Assembly: GCA_963624185.1 (NCBI GenBank)
Contig: CAVFNP010000001.1
Coordinates: forward strand, 48,491-112,490
Direction: 5' to 3'
Origin: Firmicutes bacterium CAG:460
Lineage (GTDB): Bacteria > Bacteroidota > Bacteroidia > Bacteroidales > UBA932
DNA: 64,000 bases
A program made the position numbers and the translations under genes. The notes under the pieces were generated by a model. It ran no database searches. It was not told the DNA's origin and saw only the letters and a program-made list of their open reading frames with translations. The number at the start of each line of letters is the position of its first letter. The stretch's first letter is position 1. This document shows, piece after piece, positions 1 through 8,533 of this stretch.

Positions 1-848
1 ACCAGGGATTCGATCTTATCATACGTCACCGTAACCGTGTGAACAAATTCAATTACGGTCTTACCGGTACCCTCACTTACGCTCACAACCGTATCCTCAG
101 CAAACAGCAGAGTGATAACATACTGCCTTGGCAGAGCGTGCTTGGTTGCTCGGTAGGTTCCATCTGGGGATATAAGTCAGACGGTCTTTACCAGAGTCAG
201 GATGAGATAGACAATTCTCCTAAGCCTGCAAGCGTAACGCCTCGCATAGGTGATATTAAGTATGTGGATATCAATGGTGATGGTCAGATCAATTCTGAAG
301 ATATGGTTCAGATAGCGCGCAGCAGCATGCCTGAGATGATGTTCTCATTCCAGTTCGATGCAGACTATGCAGGCTTCGACTTCTCGCTCCAGTTCCAGGG
401 CGCCGCACTTTGTGATAAGATGCTCATGGGCTCATGGTCAAATTATTCCGGCGTAGTCGATCTTACCCCTCTCACAGTTCCTTGGTATGCCAATTATGAC
501 AATGCTCCTCTCTACCTGGTAGAGGGCAGCTGGACTCCGGAAAATACCAATGCCGAGTTCCCGAGACTTTCAGTGGACAAATCTTCTTATGCCAATAACG
601 GTCTTCTTTCAGATTTCTGGAAAAGAGACGGCGCTTATCTGCGTTTGAAGAATGCTACCATCGGATATACATTCCCTGCCAAGTTGCTCAATAAGATAAA
701 TGTAGACAGACTCCGCATCTATCTTACGGGAACCAACCTTCTCACATTTACACAGTTCAAATACATCGACCCGGAAAGTACCAACGTTGTGACGGGATAT
801 TATCCTCAGCAGAGGACTGTCAGCTTCGGTGTGGATCTATCATTCTAA
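1..848 (+). CDS. SusC-like TonB-dependent outer-membrane transporter, C-terminal fragment (5' end lies upstream of the window)
   Basis: The frame is open from the window edge (in frame from nt 3: QGFDLIIRHRNRVNKFNYGLTG...). The sequence is beta-barrel-like and ends ...RTVSFGVDLSF with a terminal aromatic residue. A SusD-like lipoprotein gene follows 15 nt downstream, which is the canonical susC/susD arrangement. Confidence 0.85.
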   Translation, partial: QGFDLIIRHRNRVNKFNYGLTGTLTYAHNRILSKQQSDNILPWQSVLGCSVGSIWGYKSDGLYQSQDEIDNSPKPASVTPRIGDIKYVDINGDGQINSEDMVQIARSSMPEMMFSFQFDADYAGFDFSLQFQGAALCDKMLMGSWSNYSGVVDLTPLTVPWYANYDNAPLYLVEGSWTPENTNAEFPRLSVDKSSYANNGLLSDFWKRDGAYLRLKNATIGYTFPAKLLNKINVDRLRIYLTGTNLLTFTQFKYIDPESTNVVTGYYPQQRTVSFGVDLSF

Positions 849-863
849 AGAGAAGTAAAAGCG

Positions 864-2555
864 ATGAAAAAATTTATAAATAAAGCTATTATAGGTGTTG
901 CAGCTGGAGCTTTGATGGTTTCTTCCTGCGATGTTTTGGACCTTGATCCTACAGGATGGTATTCGGAGACGGTGCCTTATTCTTCTGTGGAGAAGCTTGA
1001 CTACTATGTCAAGGGCTTCTACTCTACGCTCTATACCAATGCGGAGATATCTATGGGATATTCTCTCACTGACGGAATGTCGGAGCTGTTGAAATATTCA
1101 TGGTATGGAGACAAGGGTGAATATAACAAAGTGTTCTATCTTGACAATTATGTTACGGTAGAAAGCAATTTCCTCTCCAATTGGTCTTCGATGTACACTT
1201 ACATACGTCGTCTTAACGAGTATTTCTACGACCTTAGCAATGGTCGCGCCGCTTCACTCGATGCCGACGAGGTGAAGATAAGAACCGCCGAGGTGCGTTT
1301 TCTCAGAGCGTTTGCTTATCAGGAGCTTGTGCTTCGTCACGGCGGAGTGATTCTCAGAGTCTCTGAAGACTATGTCGACGGTCCTAACGAGAGGGCAAAG
1401 GCCCGCTCAAGCAAGCAGGAATGCTACGATTTCATTCTCAGCGAATATCAGAAGGCTGCGGACGATCTTCCTGATACATGGGATTCATCTAATACGGGAC
1501 GTGTAACGAAGGGTTCCGCTTATGGTATGATAGCTCGTGCGGCTCTTTATAGCGGAGACTATGATAAAGCCATCGAAGCTTGTGATAAAGTATTCGAACT
1601 GGGTTATGACATGCTTCCTGTATCATCAGTTGAAGACTATAACAAGATATTCAATACCGTAGGCAACAAGGAGCTTCTTCTGGCCGTTTATTTCCAGCAG
1701 GGTACAGGCGGTGCGAATGCCAGACAGCATAATTTCAATACCTATTTCTGCGCTCCGGGAGACGACACCGTGCTTGGCGTTCCTAATGCAGGTGTAGGAT
1801 GCTGCGCTACTCCTACAGACGAGTACGCTTCTTCTTTCGATATCAAGGTGGGAGACAATTGGGAGACATTCTCTTGGGATAATATCGCCTCTTACTCAAA
1901 CAAGCCTTTCGAGAATCGTGACATACGTTTCTATGCCTCCATTCTTTATGATGGAGCTACTTGGCTTGGCAGAACCCTTAACCTTAAGAAGGACAGCGGC
2001 AATTATATGACTTTCGCTACCAGCGGCCAGGATAATGTGCATAAGACTACTACCGGATATGTAATCCGCAAGTTTTTGTCCGACAGTAAAAAGATTAATT
2101 TTACAAGTATCCTCAGCGGTCAGTATTGGGTAGAGCAGAGAGCAGCCGAGATTTACCTTATCCGCTCTGAAGCTTATGCCCGTAAGGGAGATTTCGCCGC
2201 AGCTTACGCAGACCTTAATAAAGTGCGTGCGCGTGTAGGTCTTCCTGAGAAGAGTCAGACTTCAAGCTGGGATGAGTATCTTCCTGATTTGGACAAGGAG
2301 AGAATCTGCGAGCTTGGTCTTGAAGGTCAGAGGTATTTTGACCTCATAAGATGGGGCAAGTCTGTAGAAACTCTTAATGGCAAGAGACTTCACGGTGTGG
2401 AAATCACCACCAATACTGACGGTTCTCTTAAGTATGAGAGAGTTGAGGTGGATACTCAGGACCGTAAATTCGCGTCCCGTATGAACATCTTCCCTATCCC
2501 TAAGGGAGAATTGAGAAACAACAACCTCTGCGTTCAGAACGACGAATGGTTATAG
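864..2555 (+). CDS. SusD/RagB-family nutrient-binding outer-membrane lipoprotein
   Basis: 563-aa ORF with lipoprotein signal MKKFINKAIIGVAAGALMVSSC. The size and helical, TPR-like composition fit SusD homologs, and it sits directly after the SusC-like gene. Confidence 0.85.
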   Translation: MKKFINKAIIGVAAGALMVSSCDVLDLDPTGWYSETVPYSSVEKLDYYVKGFYSTLYTNAEISMGYSLTDGMSELLKYSWYGDKGEYNKVFYLDNYVTVESNFLSNWSSMYTYIRRLNEYFYDLSNGRAASLDADEVKIRTAEVRFLRAFAYQELVLRHGGVILRVSEDYVDGPNERAKARSSKQECYDFILSEYQKAADDLPDTWDSSNTGRVTKGSAYGMIARAALYSGDYDKAIEACDKVFELGYDMLPVSSVEDYNKIFNTVGNKELLLAVYFQQGTGGANARQHNFNTYFCAPGDDTVLGVPNAGVGCCATPTDEYASSFDIKVGDNWETFSWDNIASYSNKPFENRDIRFYASILYDGATWLGRTLNLKKDSGNYMTFATSGQDNVHKTTTGYVIRKFLSDSKKINFTSILSGQYWVEQRAAEIYLIRSEAYARKGDFAAAYADLNKVRARVGLPEKSQTSSWDEYLPDLDKERICELGLEGQRYFDLIRWGKSVETLNGKRLHGVEITTNTDGSLKYERVEVDTQDRKFASRMNIFPIPKGELRNNNLCVQNDEWL

Positions 2556-2573
2556 TTCAATTGTTAAGAGATA

Positions 2574-4493
2574 ATGCATATGAAATTCAATAAATTATTT
2601 TGCTGCGCTCTCGCTCTTGCTTCTGTCTTGTCCGCTTGTCACAAGCCGGATGAGCTGGTAAGGGAGAATAATGAGAACGTGATGAATCTTAGCGTCAGAG
2701 CCACTCTCGTGCAGAACGGCGTGGATTATGACGCCACTATTGATGAAGAAAACGGAATCATCAATCTGGCTTTTCCGTACTATATAAGCGATTCTGAGGA
2801 GATTATGTCTGATCTATCCGAGGTTAAGATTCGTGCCACTATGCCTCTCGGGGCCAAGTTCGTCCCGGGCATCAGCGGAATCCATGATCTCAGTGAGGGC
2901 AAGACATTCAGAAGCACTCTCGTCCACGAGGACGGAACATCGATTGATTATATTTTCAAGGCTCAGAGAGAAAAATCCAATGCCTCTACCATAACGGGTG
3001 TTGCTCTTGCCGATGAGGATATACGTGTAGTGTTCAATGTGACTCCTCCTAGCGGAGATAACAAGAAAGGCAAGCTTACCGTTCTTAAGACCTCCGGTTC
3101 AGTGGAAGCCGCTCTTAAGGAGGTGAAACTCACCGTGTCTCCGTGGGCAAGTTTTGTAGCTTACGGCTATGATAAGAACACCGGATATATTAATCTTAAC
3201 AATACTTCGGAGATTAAGGTCATTTCCCAGAACGGCGTGGATTATACCGTTTATGAGGTATCTATTGAGACTCCTTCTCTGGTTCCTTCAGGACAGGTGG
3301 GATATGTATCCGCACTTTTCGGAATTCAGTGCACGGCTGCCAATCCTCTTGGCTTCGAGGCTGATGCCAACTGCGCAATAGCAGCAGTGGACAAGTATCT
3401 TATCGTCAGCAACAAGAACGATTTCAACAATATGGCCGTATTCAGCCGTTTCTCAGGCCGTCAGATTACGGACGTTACCATAAACACCTCCGGAATCGAT
3501 GCTACAAGACAGCTTCGTGCCATTGGCACCGATGATGACGGTAACCTCGTGGCTGCCACTTATACTTGTACCAAGGAGTCAACGGAGACCACTATTGCCA
3601 ACGGTTGGGATTATCTTCTTACAGATCCTGCCATAAAGATATATGTATGGCTCGACGGTCTTCAGGCTGCCCCTACGTGTGTTATGGATCTGGATATCAA
3701 GAGCGCTGAGATGAATGCTCTTCCTTCAAAGGCGACGGAACTGTTCAACGTTCTGGGCGTAAAGGGAAGTTTCCGTTCAGGAAGTGCGGTGGTTACTTCT
3801 ACCGATGCCGGAGTGGCACGCGTGTTCGCATTCTACTTTGAGAACGGTACGTTCACCAAGGTTAAGCAGTATTGTCCTTTCAACGACGGCAAGGCTTTCT
3901 GGCTTTCTACAAAGAACTCGTCAAAGGCCGATCCTCTCAACACCTCTGATCCTCTCACTTTCGTAATGAACGGTGATTTCCGCCCGCAGGTTGCATTCTA
4001 TGACGGAACGGCAGGCGGTTCCTGTGTATTTGATCAGCCGACATCACACTGGTGGGTTTCCAACGGCAATTATGATTATACAAGGAACCTCCGTGGTGTA
4101 GCCGGTGCTTTCTTCAATGGCACTTACATCATAGCTGTAGCAAACGGTCAGCTTTCAAACGGTATCTGGGGACACAGACTTTATTTCTCTAATATCGGCC
4201 CTGTTCCATCTGCTTCTTCATTAAAGAACGGATTCCTTTTCGATTCACGTGAAGGTGATGCGGATCACGGCGATGAAAGCAAGGGTGGTCCTACGGGTAC
4301 AGGATATTGCGCATCGGGTATGACATCCACTTATCCTTATGTATCGGCAGACGGTAAGTTCGGAGGAAATAATCTCACTAAGCGTGGAGATGTGGTCTGC
4401 GTGGAGAGTGAGGATGGCAATTCACTGCAGTTCTATATGTTCACCTGCAATGCCGGTATCCTCGCATACGAGATTACCCGCTACGACATGTAA
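2574..4493 (+). CDS. PUL-encoded surface lipoprotein of unknown function; its C-terminal domain is paralogous to the next gene (candidate glycan-binding protein)
   Basis: 639-aa ORF with lipoprotein signal ...ALASVLSAC. It occupies the position after susD that SGBPs usually hold. Its C-terminal half aligns by eye with 4521-6848 (SHWW block, and FDSREGD..GDESKGGPTGTGY). Confidence 0.6.
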   Translation: MHMKFNKLFCCALALASVLSACHKPDELVRENNENVMNLSVRATLVQNGVDYDATIDEENGIINLAFPYYISDSEEIMSDLSEVKIRATMPLGAKFVPGISGIHDLSEGKTFRSTLVHEDGTSIDYIFKAQREKSNASTITGVALADEDIRVVFNVTPPSGDNKKGKLTVLKTSGSVEAALKEVKLTVSPWASFVAYGYDKNTGYINLNNTSEIKVISQNGVDYTVYEVSIETPSLVPSGQVGYVSALFGIQCTAANPLGFEADANCAIAAVDKYLIVSNKNDFNNMAVFSRFSGRQITDVTINTSGIDATRQLRAIGTDDDGNLVAATYTCTKESTETTIANGWDYLLTDPAIKIYVWLDGLQAAPTCVMDLDIKSAEMNALPSKATELFNVLGVKGSFRSGSAVVTSTDAGVARVFAFYFENGTFTKVKQYCPFNDGKAFWLSTKNSSKADPLNTSDPLTFVMNGDFRPQVAFYDGTAGGSCVFDQPTSHWWVSNGNYDYTRNLRGVAGAFFNGTYIIAVANGQLSNGIWGHRLYFSNIGPVPSASSLKNGFLFDSREGDADHGDESKGGPTGTGYCASGMTSTYPYVSADGKFGGNNLTKRGDVVCVESEDGNSLQFYMFTCNAGILAYEITRYDM

Positions 4494-4520
4494 TTACATA
4501 AACACTAAACAATAATTAAA

Positions 4521-6848
4521 ATGAAAAAGTTATTTTATTTGGCTACGCTCGGTCTGCTCGCACTTTCGTGTCAGCAGTACGACGACACGGCCATCACTAA
4601 AAGGGTTGATGAACTCGAAGACAGGGTTACAGCCCTTGAAAAATTGCAGACCCAGGTTAATGATCTTCAGAATCTGGTAAAGGCTCTCGAAGCTAAGGAT
4701 TATGTCACGGCTGTTCAGCCTATAACGGAAGGCGGTGTCACTGTAGGTTACGCCATCATGTTCTCTCAGAGTGACCCTATCGAACTTCGTAACGGACAGA
4801 ACGGAAAAGACGGCGTTGATGGAGCTGCAGGAAAGGATGGCTCTGTGGTCAGCATCAAACAGGATACGGACGGCATTTACTATTGGACAATCGATGGAGA
4901 ATTCACAAACCCTAAACTCAGGGTTGACGGCGTAACTCCTGCATTCAAGATAGATGATGAAGGATATCTTTGCGTATCTTATGACGGAAGCACCACTTGG
5001 ACGCGTCTCGGAAAGACTGCCGCCGATGTCGTAGCTAATTACGAGGTGGAATATGACGACGATTATGTCTATATCACATTCCTGGATGACGATAACTATA
5101 AAGTTACAATCCCTCGTTATAAGGAGTTTGCGCTTTCTATCGCCAAGGCTGGTGGAATCGGTATCAAGGCTGGGGCTACATTGAGCATTCCTTACGTTGT
5201 AACTAACGGGGACGATGCTACCGTAGTGGAAACAATCAGCGAGAATGGTTTCAGCGCAGTGGTAGAGAAGACTTCCGCTACCCAGGGTAATATCAAGGTC
5301 ACCGCACCTGATCCGTTCGTGGCCGGTAAGGTCCTCGTATTCGCATCCAAGGGTGACAAGACCTGCATGAAGGCTCTTTATTTCGAAGCTGAAGAGTTTA
5401 AGATCAGCACTACCGCATATAAGGTAGGTAAGTATTCTGAAACAGTGGATGTCAAGTTCTTTGCCAATATAGAATTCAGCGTAGAGATTCCAGCTGCTGC
5501 TGCTTCTTGGATTTCTCTTGTTCAGACCAAATCCACAGAGCATACCGTAACTCTTAAGGTAGAGGACAATACGGGTGAAGCACGTAGCGCCTTGGTTGAC
5601 ATCAAGAATGCGGAAGGCGTTACTCTTCAAAGCATAACCATAGAGCAGGAGGCATATAAGGAAGAGGTTATCGAGAGCCTGTTCGGATACCAGATATATA
5701 CCGACGATACACACGGATTTACTCAGGATGCCAACTTCACCATGGCGGTGATAGGGGATTATCTTATCCTTTCTAACAGCAAGAACATTGACGAGATGCC
5801 TGTATATGACCGTTTCACCGGTGAACTTCTTTCTGATGTCAAGGTCAATACGGAAGGAATCAACTGCAAGGACCGTGAATTCCGCGCCATCGCTTCCGAT
5901 GATGCCGGGCATCTTTTCGCGGTAACTTATACATCAATAGCCGACGAAGATACTTCCAATAATACTGTTCGTGCCTATGTGTGGAAAAACGGAATAGACC
6001 AGAAGCCTACTTCATTCCTTTGGGCCGGTTTAGATGGTAGTCAATATAAGGCGCTTACTACTAAAGGAGACATCTATAATACTGTTCATGTCTATGGAGA
6101 TCTTACGGGAGACGCTGTAATCGCTACTTCTTCACGTCAAAATTATCGCCCTGTATTCGAGTTCGTAAAAGACGGTAAACTTCAGAGTCCGGCTTATGTT
6201 TATTGGCCTGGCGATAAGGCAGTCGTGTCTTTTGGACAGATGACCAATGTCATTCCTCTCGCTTTCCCTAACGATCTTACCGCTCCTACCAACATGGAGT
6301 TCTTCTACAATACCGGTAATCATAACCAGCAGATTGTTTCTGTCTCTAATTCTACTACCGCGTTCCCTTATGACAGGCCTTCATCTCACTGGTGGCCATA
6401 CCAGGAATCTATTAAATATCAGAGACCTTGTCTTGGCTTTGATGCCATAAAGATCAACGGAACCGTAATAGTGGCTGCCCATAATGCCGTTTATGCCGGT
6501 ACTACTTCTGAGGCGGGAACTTTCAGATATAACTCAAGACTTTATGTTGCCAATGTAGGTCTTAACTCTACTGCCTCTTCTCTTAAGGACGGCTTCATTT
6601 TCGATTCTCGAGAAGGAGATAAGACAGGCGATGAGAGCAAGGGTGGCCCTAAGGGAACGGGTTATGCTGTTACAGGCATGATGTCTCCATTCTCTTTCGT
6701 GACAGGCAAGACCGTGCTCGCTGAAAACGACAACGAGGCATTTTATGTGCTTCTTGCTCCGGGAAAAGACGGTCACAGCGTTCAGGCATATATGCTTGGC
6801 CAGAACAACGGATTGTTCGCATATAACATTCCTTTCAGTAAATTTTAG
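4521..6848 (+). CDS. PUL-encoded surface lipoprotein with an N-terminal coiled coil and a short collagen-like GXY run (DUF4988-like N-terminus, named from memory); C-terminal domain paralogous to the previous gene
   Basis: 775-aa ORF with lipoprotein signal MKKLFYLATLGLLALSC. A heptad-like segment RVDELEDRVTALEKLQTQVNDLQNLVKALEA is followed by GQNGKDGVDGAAGKDG (nt 4794-4841). The C-terminal blocks are shared with 2574-4493. Confidence 0.6.
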   Translation: MKKLFYLATLGLLALSCQQYDDTAITKRVDELEDRVTALEKLQTQVNDLQNLVKALEAKDYVTAVQPITEGGVTVGYAIMFSQSDPIELRNGQNGKDGVDGAAGKDGSVVSIKQDTDGIYYWTIDGEFTNPKLRVDGVTPAFKIDDEGYLCVSYDGSTTWTRLGKTAADVVANYEVEYDDDYVYITFLDDDNYKVTIPRYKEFALSIAKAGGIGIKAGATLSIPYVVTNGDDATVVETISENGFSAVVEKTSATQGNIKVTAPDPFVAGKVLVFASKGDKTCMKALYFEAEEFKISTTAYKVGKYSETVDVKFFANIEFSVEIPAAAASWISLVQTKSTEHTVTLKVEDNTGEARSALVDIKNAEGVTLQSITIEQEAYKEEVIESLFGYQIYTDDTHGFTQDANFTMAVIGDYLILSNSKNIDEMPVYDRFTGELLSDVKVNTEGINCKDREFRAIASDDAGHLFAVTYTSIADEDTSNNTVRAYVWKNGIDQKPTSFLWAGLDGSQYKALTTKGDIYNTVHVYGDLTGDAVIATSSRQNYRPVFEFVKDGKLQSPAYVYWPGDKAVVSFGQMTNVIPLAFPNDLTAPTNMEFFYNTGNHNQQIVSVSNSTTAFPYDRPSSHWWPYQESIKYQRPCLGFDAIKINGTVIVAAHNAVYAGTTSEAGTFRYNSRLYVANVGLNSTASSLKDGFIFDSREGDKTGDESKGGPKGTGYAVTGMMSPFSFVTGKTVLAENDNEAFYVLLAPGKDGHSVQAYMLGQNNGLFAYNIPFSKF

Positions 6849-6855
6849 TCATTTG

Positions 6856-6883
6856 CCGGCAGGAGGGTGATGCTTCCTGCCGG
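6856..6883 (+). terminator. Intra-operon stem-loop (weak terminator or attenuator candidate) between the surface-protein gene and the GH20 gene
   Basis: CCGGCAGGA (6856-6864) pairs with TCCTGCCGG (6875-6883), giving a 9-bp GC-rich stem. The following tract tcctatctttg is only moderately T-rich. Confidence 0.35.
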
Positions 6884-6907
6884 TCCTATCTTTGTAATTC
6901 ATTGATT

Positions 6908-8533
6908 ATGAGAAACATATTTAGAATAGTACTTACGGGCGCGGTGCTTTGCACGTCACTTCTTTCCTGCTCGAAAAAAGAAGCGCGCGTAGATGTGATA
7001 CCCTGTCCCAATAATGTGCAGGTCTGCTCTTCCACAGTGGAGCTTTCCAAGATAGAGCGCATAGTTTACTCTGAGGGCCTTTCTTCTGATGCCCTTTTTC
7101 TTCAGAACGCGCTTAGTCAGAGAGGCTTCAGCGTCCGGGTGGAAGAAGGCGTAGCGTCTAAGAAGAACGCTGTAGTTCTCGTTCTGGATGCTGCCAAGCA
7201 GAAGGAAGCTTATCTTCTCAGGAGTTCCGGAACTTGCGTGGAGATAATTGGCGGACAGGATGGAGTATTCTGGGGAATACAGACTCTTCTTCAGCAGATA
7301 GATAACGCGGGTGGCGTTAAGACTGGCGAGATAGAGGATGCTCCCCGTTATGCGTGGAGAGGCTTTATGCTCGATGAGGCCAGACATTTTTTCGGGGAGC
7401 AGACCGTGAAGGATCTTCTGGATATAATGTCTTATTATAAGATAAACAAGTTCCATTGGCATCTTACCGATGCGCAGGGCTGGAGAATTGAGATAAAGTC
7501 CTATCCTAAGCTCGCTACGGTAGGAGGTGTCGGTACGCACAGCGACCCTGATACGCCGGCTCAGTTCTATACGCAGGAGCAGATTCGCAGGATAGTCGCT
7601 TATGCCGCTGAAAGGCATATCGAAGTGATTCCGGAGATAGATATGCCCGGACACGCTTCGGCGGCCAACCGCGCATATCCTCAGTTCAACGGTGGCGGTA
7701 CTCCGCAATTTGCCGATTTTACTTTCAATGTCGGTAAGGAAGCCACTTATGCTTTTCTTACTTCCGTTCTTCGTGAAGTAGGGGACCTGTTCCCTTCGAA
7801 GTATATCCATATAGGAGGGGATGAGGTGTTCTATGGAAGTGACGCCTGGAACCGTGATCCTTATGTGCAGAAGATGATGCGCCGAGAGGGACTTGCCACC
7901 ATTCAGGATGCTGAAGGCTATTTCATCCGCCGCATGACGGATTCCCTGAAAGTGATGGGAAAGAAGGCCATAGCATGGGACGATGTACTTGATTTCGAAT
8001 TGGACAAGGAGAACAATGTAATCTGCTGGTGGCGACACGACCGTCCGCAGTCTCTTCGCAAGAGCCTGGCCAAGGGATATACCACCATCATGTGCCCGCG
8101 CAAGCCTATGTATTACGATTTCGTGCAGGACTCTACGCACACCTGCGGTCGTATATGGGACGGTTTCTGTCCTCTTGAAGACGTATATGCGTTCCCTGAC
8201 GCGTGGTATGAAGGCTGGGGCCTGACAGAGGGCGATATGGGTAAGGTCATAGGAATACAGTCCAATCTCTGGACCGAACTCGTGCATAACAAGGACCGTT
8301 TCGATTTTATGATTTTCCCTCGCATATGCGCTCTTGCAGAATCCGGATGGACCCTTGCTCAGAATAAGGATTATGCTGATTTCACGCAGAGAATGGAGTC
8401 TGCATACAAGTTGTTTGACGCTCGTGGCATATATTATTTTGATGACCGCGATCCGTCTCATCACAGTGAGCCGGAAGGACCTGTCATCAAGAAGAAAGAT
8501 GCTCCGAAGCCTAAGATGGATTACAGGGACTAA
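6908..8533 (+). CDS. beta-N-acetylhexosaminidase, glycoside hydrolase family 20
   Basis: GH20 hallmarks are present: RGFMLDEARHF, FHWHLTDAQGWRIE, IPEIDMPGHA and the HIGGDE catalytic D-E pair. Lipoprotein signal MRNIFRIVLTGAVLCTSLLSC. I prefer the ATG at 6908 over the TTG at 6902. Confidence 0.9.
   Translation: MRNIFRIVLTGAVLCTSLLSCSKKEARVDVIPCPNNVQVCSSTVELSKIERIVYSEGLSSDALFLQNALSQRGFSVRVEEGVASKKNAVVLVLDAAKQKEAYLLRSSGTCVEIIGGQDGVFWGIQTLLQQIDNAGGVKTGEIEDAPRYAWRGFMLDEARHFFGEQTVKDLLDIMSYYKINKFHWHLTDAQGWRIEIKSYPKLATVGGVGTHSDPDTPAQFYTQEQIRRIVAYAAERHIEVIPEIDMPGHASAANRAYPQFNGGGTPQFADFTFNVGKEATYAFLTSVLREVGDLFPSKYIHIGGDEVFYGSDAWNRDPYVQKMMRREGLATIQDAEGYFIRRMTDSLKVMGKKAIAWDDVLDFELDKENNVICWWRHDRPQSLRKSLAKGYTTIMCPRKPMYYDFVQDSTHTCGRIWDGFCPLEDVYAFPDAWYEGWGLTEGDMGKVIGIQSNLWTELVHNKDRFDFMIFPRICALAESGWTLAQNKDYADFTQRMESAYKLFDARGIYYFDDRDPSHHSEPEGPVIKKKDAPKPKMDYRD

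Noticed and set aside
4530-5912. 460-aa ORF on the minus strand
   Set aside because: It lies entirely antisense to the well-supported surface-lipoprotein gene 4521-6848. The sequence is low-complexity with no motif, signal or plausible start context. I treat it as a chance antisense frame.
6956-8464. 502-aa ORF on the minus strand
   Set aside because: It lies antisense within the GH20 gene, whose catalytic motifs are unambiguous. It has no recognisable features of its own.
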